Positions 60,842 through 64,000 of a stretch of DNA of 64,000 bases are shown piece after piece (positions within the stretch are counted from its first letter, which is position 1; each line of letters starts with the position of its first letter). The notes under the pieces are model-generated. The model was not told the DNA's origin. It ran no database searches and worked only from the letters and a program-made list of their open reading frames with translations. Source of the stretch: Callorhinchus milii (taxonomy: Eukaryota); contig NW_024704743.1 of the NCBI RefSeq assembly GCF_018977255.1, positions 13,518,001 through 13,582,000 on the forward strand, read 5' to 3'. The translations under genes were made by a program, and so were the position numbers.

Positions 60842-62997
60842 GAACAGTACGGAAGCTACCGCAAACACAGCTTTGAGTGGCCATGAATTATATGCTGCGT
60901 TCTTTAATGGAAAATGGTTTGAATTGAAGGTATCCCCAATTGTCCCCTCTGGACAATAATGAACAGCGTATCAGCGCTGGAACATGGAACATGAAAAGGA
61001 AGTTCTTGCTTTGATGTCATTGGTTTAAACACTGATCCATGTTCTTTCTCTTTTACAAGATAAATTCTTGCTTCTGTAAAAAGGTATAAAAAAAAAGCTT
61101 CAGATTGTTCATAGCATCTATGATGTGATCTCCATGTAAATGTCATGTTCTTATTACTGGACTTATTTTCTCTTTGAAAATGTATTTGAAGTAATTTTTA
61201 AAACTCCAAACTTTTCAAAATAATTGAAGCAGTCAAAACGACCTTAATCCAGTAGGTCAGACTTCACAAAGGAATATAGTAATAAATACATCATGTTACC
61301 ACTTCATTTTTTGTCATGTTAAATATTTAGTAAACAGAATATGTTATGAGAATCCATTTCGTATATTCTACACAGCTAAGATCACTTAGGAGTTAACAGG
61401 CTAGCTACTTATCAGCTATAATCGTATTGTTATTTAATTTTCTGTTTATCAAGTTGGTGATGAAATGTCCTAGGTATGAATATTTCGGTAGTGGCAGATG
61501 CCATTTAATATTAATGTTTGGGTAAGTTTCAAACCACTGCTGAGGGACTAGGTCTTTTCTGATGCAGCTCCTTGAGACAGACCACATTGGAACTATGATA
61601 AAGTATGAGAGAAATGGGATTCCAATGTAACTGAGGCAAGTCATTGTTAGCCTGATTTTCAGCCCCACACATGCAATGTTGGGTAACAAAATAATAATCC
61701 TTGCATTTGGTATAGCCCGTTTCCAGGATTTCCTACAAAGTGGATTGGCTGTGCATTTGTAGGCAAATGTGGCAGCCAATTTCACACAGCAATGTCCCAC
61801 AAACAGCAATGAAAAGAGTGAGCAGTTTTATTTGGAGGATTATTGTCCAGGACACTGCAAGAAATGCCCTTTTGTTGAATTGTACCATGGACAGGGAATT
61901 TTAATATCCATCTGAACAGTAAGACGGGGACCTTGGTTTAACATCTCATCCGAAGTATGGCACCTCCCAATGCAAAATGTATGTTGATGTTTCAGGCAAT
62001 ATCTTTGTGAAAGGATATTCCTGAAACAATTATTTTGTGTTTCCAATGTGTTCATTTGTGTTTTTTTAGGTTTGCGACTGAAGTTTGTAATTGCTGGGGG
62101 TACTCTGTTCAAAATATAAATGTGTGAGATGTTTTGGCATACATACTTCTCTGGTAATTACTGCATGTTCCAGCACTTTGCTCATACGCAATAACTTGCG
62201 TTTGTCCGGTAGCATAGTGGTTAGCGTGCTTGTTTCACAATTGAGAGGATCTGGGTTCGATCCCCGGTCAGGGTGAAACCTTAGGCAAATTTGCTTATTC
62301 CACACGTCTCTGTCTATTTAGCAATAGTCGTTAGTCAATAATACCCCCCCCCAAAAAAAAACATCGCCCACTGTTTGTGGGACTCTTGTCATGCGCAATT
62401 GGCTGAGACGATTCGCCCACAAATACAGTCGATTCACTTTGAAGCATATTCTGTGAACCACTTTGAGATCTCAACGATGTGATAAGGCAATATATCAAAT
62501 GCAAGGATTATTCTAGTGTCCTTCATGCGGGGCAGCATCGCGGAGCGCTTAACAATGGCGGAGACTGGATCAATTTTGGATCTGTTGACCAACAGGTATA
62601 TAATTTTTAAACTATAATATGTTGCAGAATTAAAAGCAGTTTACTCCACCCTCCCCCAACAATTTGCTTATGATGGGCTTATACCACTTAGGTGTCCACA
62701 GACTGACTTGAATTGACTACAGAATACCAATATTTTTAATTATATAATGTACTTGCAGAATAAAACCCAGTTTATGTTTTTTCCCCCCCACACAGTTTAT
62801 TTATGATAGGTTTTTAGCACTCAGGAGACCACAGACTGGCTTGACTGTTCAGTACAGAACCAAAATTACAAGCAATGGATGAATTTTTAGGTTCATACTA
62901 ATAATTCTTGAAATTGACAATGTTAATTGTTTTATTGAGTAGTGGCAATTTGTAGACAAATGCAGCAAGTAAGTTGTGAACAACAAAAGACACAAAA

Positions 62998-63317
62998 TTA
63001 ATAATAATAATAATCCTAGCATTTGATATAGCGCTTTTCACGTCGGGAGGACGTCCCAAAGCGCTTCACAGAACACACTGTAAAGTGAATTGACTGTATA
63101 TTTGTGGGCGAAAGCGGCAGCCAATTGCGCACAGCAATGTCCCACAAACAGTCGTAGATTGAAAATGACCAATTTAATTATTGTTTTTGGTTTTGGAGGG
63201 ATTATTATTAGGCTCTGTGTGGAGTAAGAAACTTGCCCAAGGTTTCGCCCTGACCTGCCTGGAATTGAACTCAGGTCTCTCGCTTGCAAAGCGAGTGCTC
63301 TAACCACTGAGCTACAG
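62998..63317 (-). mobile_element. Young tRNA-headed SINE
   Basis: Reverse complement of the 15178 family. Confidence 0.9.
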
Positions 63318-63459
63318 TGACTTGAGTTATGTGGAGGACTATTGGAACTGGGAAACTCTTTCAAATTTTTGAGATTCAGCTATATGAAGCACTTTGGACA
63401 TCCTCCTGATGTGAAAGAACACAATTTAAATTGTATATTGTGTCCAACTGAAAGATCAG

Positions 63460-64000
63460 CATCTCAGTCAGGATATTAGATCCTGTATGAAAGCTAATTT
63501 TGTCCAGTTGAATGTCAAGACTGAAGCCCTCCTTGGCTCTCGTCCACCCGCCCCACCATTGGTAGACCTTCTGCCACCCTCAGGAACTCCATCCCACAGT
63601 CCCTCCGCTTCACCCCCTCCCTTGAAGACCCATCTCAAGACCCTCCTCTTCAACCGTGTTTTCGATCTCTCTGCTTCCCCCACCCGCACTCCACCCTGCC
63701 CAATCCCGACCAGATTCTTCAGAACCCTGCAGCGTGTGTCCTCTCCCATGCTACAACAACAAGATTCCATTTATAGAGCACCTTTCACGTAGGGAGGACA
63801 TCCCAAGGCGCTGGACAGTTGGGTCAGGACCCGAGCAGGGGGGTAATTGTCGGGGAGGGAAGGGAGGGAGCGAGGAGGGGGGAAATTGTCGGGGAGGGAG
63901 CGAGGAGGGGGGAAATGGGCAGGGGGAGGGAAGGGAGGGAGCGAGGAGGGGGTAGAGAGTTGAGAGGGGAGCTGAAGGCTCGGTCAAAGAGAAAGGTCTT
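63460..64000. mobile_element. L2 fragments (+ copy 63460-63720, - copy 63752-64000)
   Basis: MKANFVQLNVKTEALL RT-like remnant, (CAA)n tail at 63753 and L2 3' UTR motifs. Confidence 0.8.

Noticed and set aside
61405..61809. 134-aa minus-strand ORF as a possible RANBP9 3' end (expected neighbour by mammalian synteny)
   Set aside because: It starts within a SINE and shows no resemblance to the RANBP9 C-terminus as I recall it.

Overview
Vertebrate nuclear genomic DNA. The repeat landscape (tRNA-headed Deu-type SINEs, L2 and CR1 LINEs, Penelope-like remnants) suggests a cartilaginous fish; this is an inference. Positions 1-38.8 kb are repeat-rich with no recognisable host gene and include a complete but decayed 2.1-kb Charlie-like hAT transposon. 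A CpG island at about 39.5-40.4 kb, flanked by a minisatellite and a C-rich repeat, precedes an intact SIRT5 gene (+ strand, 8 coding exons, 41854-51524, 309 aa). NOL7 follows on the same strand (7 recognisable coding exons, 50214-60841). The main observation is that the two genes are interleaved. The first recognisable NOL7 exon (DKELLKEKRKRREKLFKEQK, 50214-50274) lies inside the last SIRT5 intron, and the SIRT5 terminal exon and poly(A) signals lie inside the next NOL7 intron. I found no canonical acidic NOL7 first exon and no separate NOL7 CpG promoter. Splice phases allow three products: an in-frame 449-aa SIRT5-NOL7 fusion, NOL7 started from an 11-nt coding micro-exon in the SIRT5 CpG island, or a SIRT5 isoform with a basic tail. 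A 25-N gap at 51285-51309 lies in this region but cannot by itself explain the exon order. Gene and repeat identities rest on recalled sequences; no searches were run.
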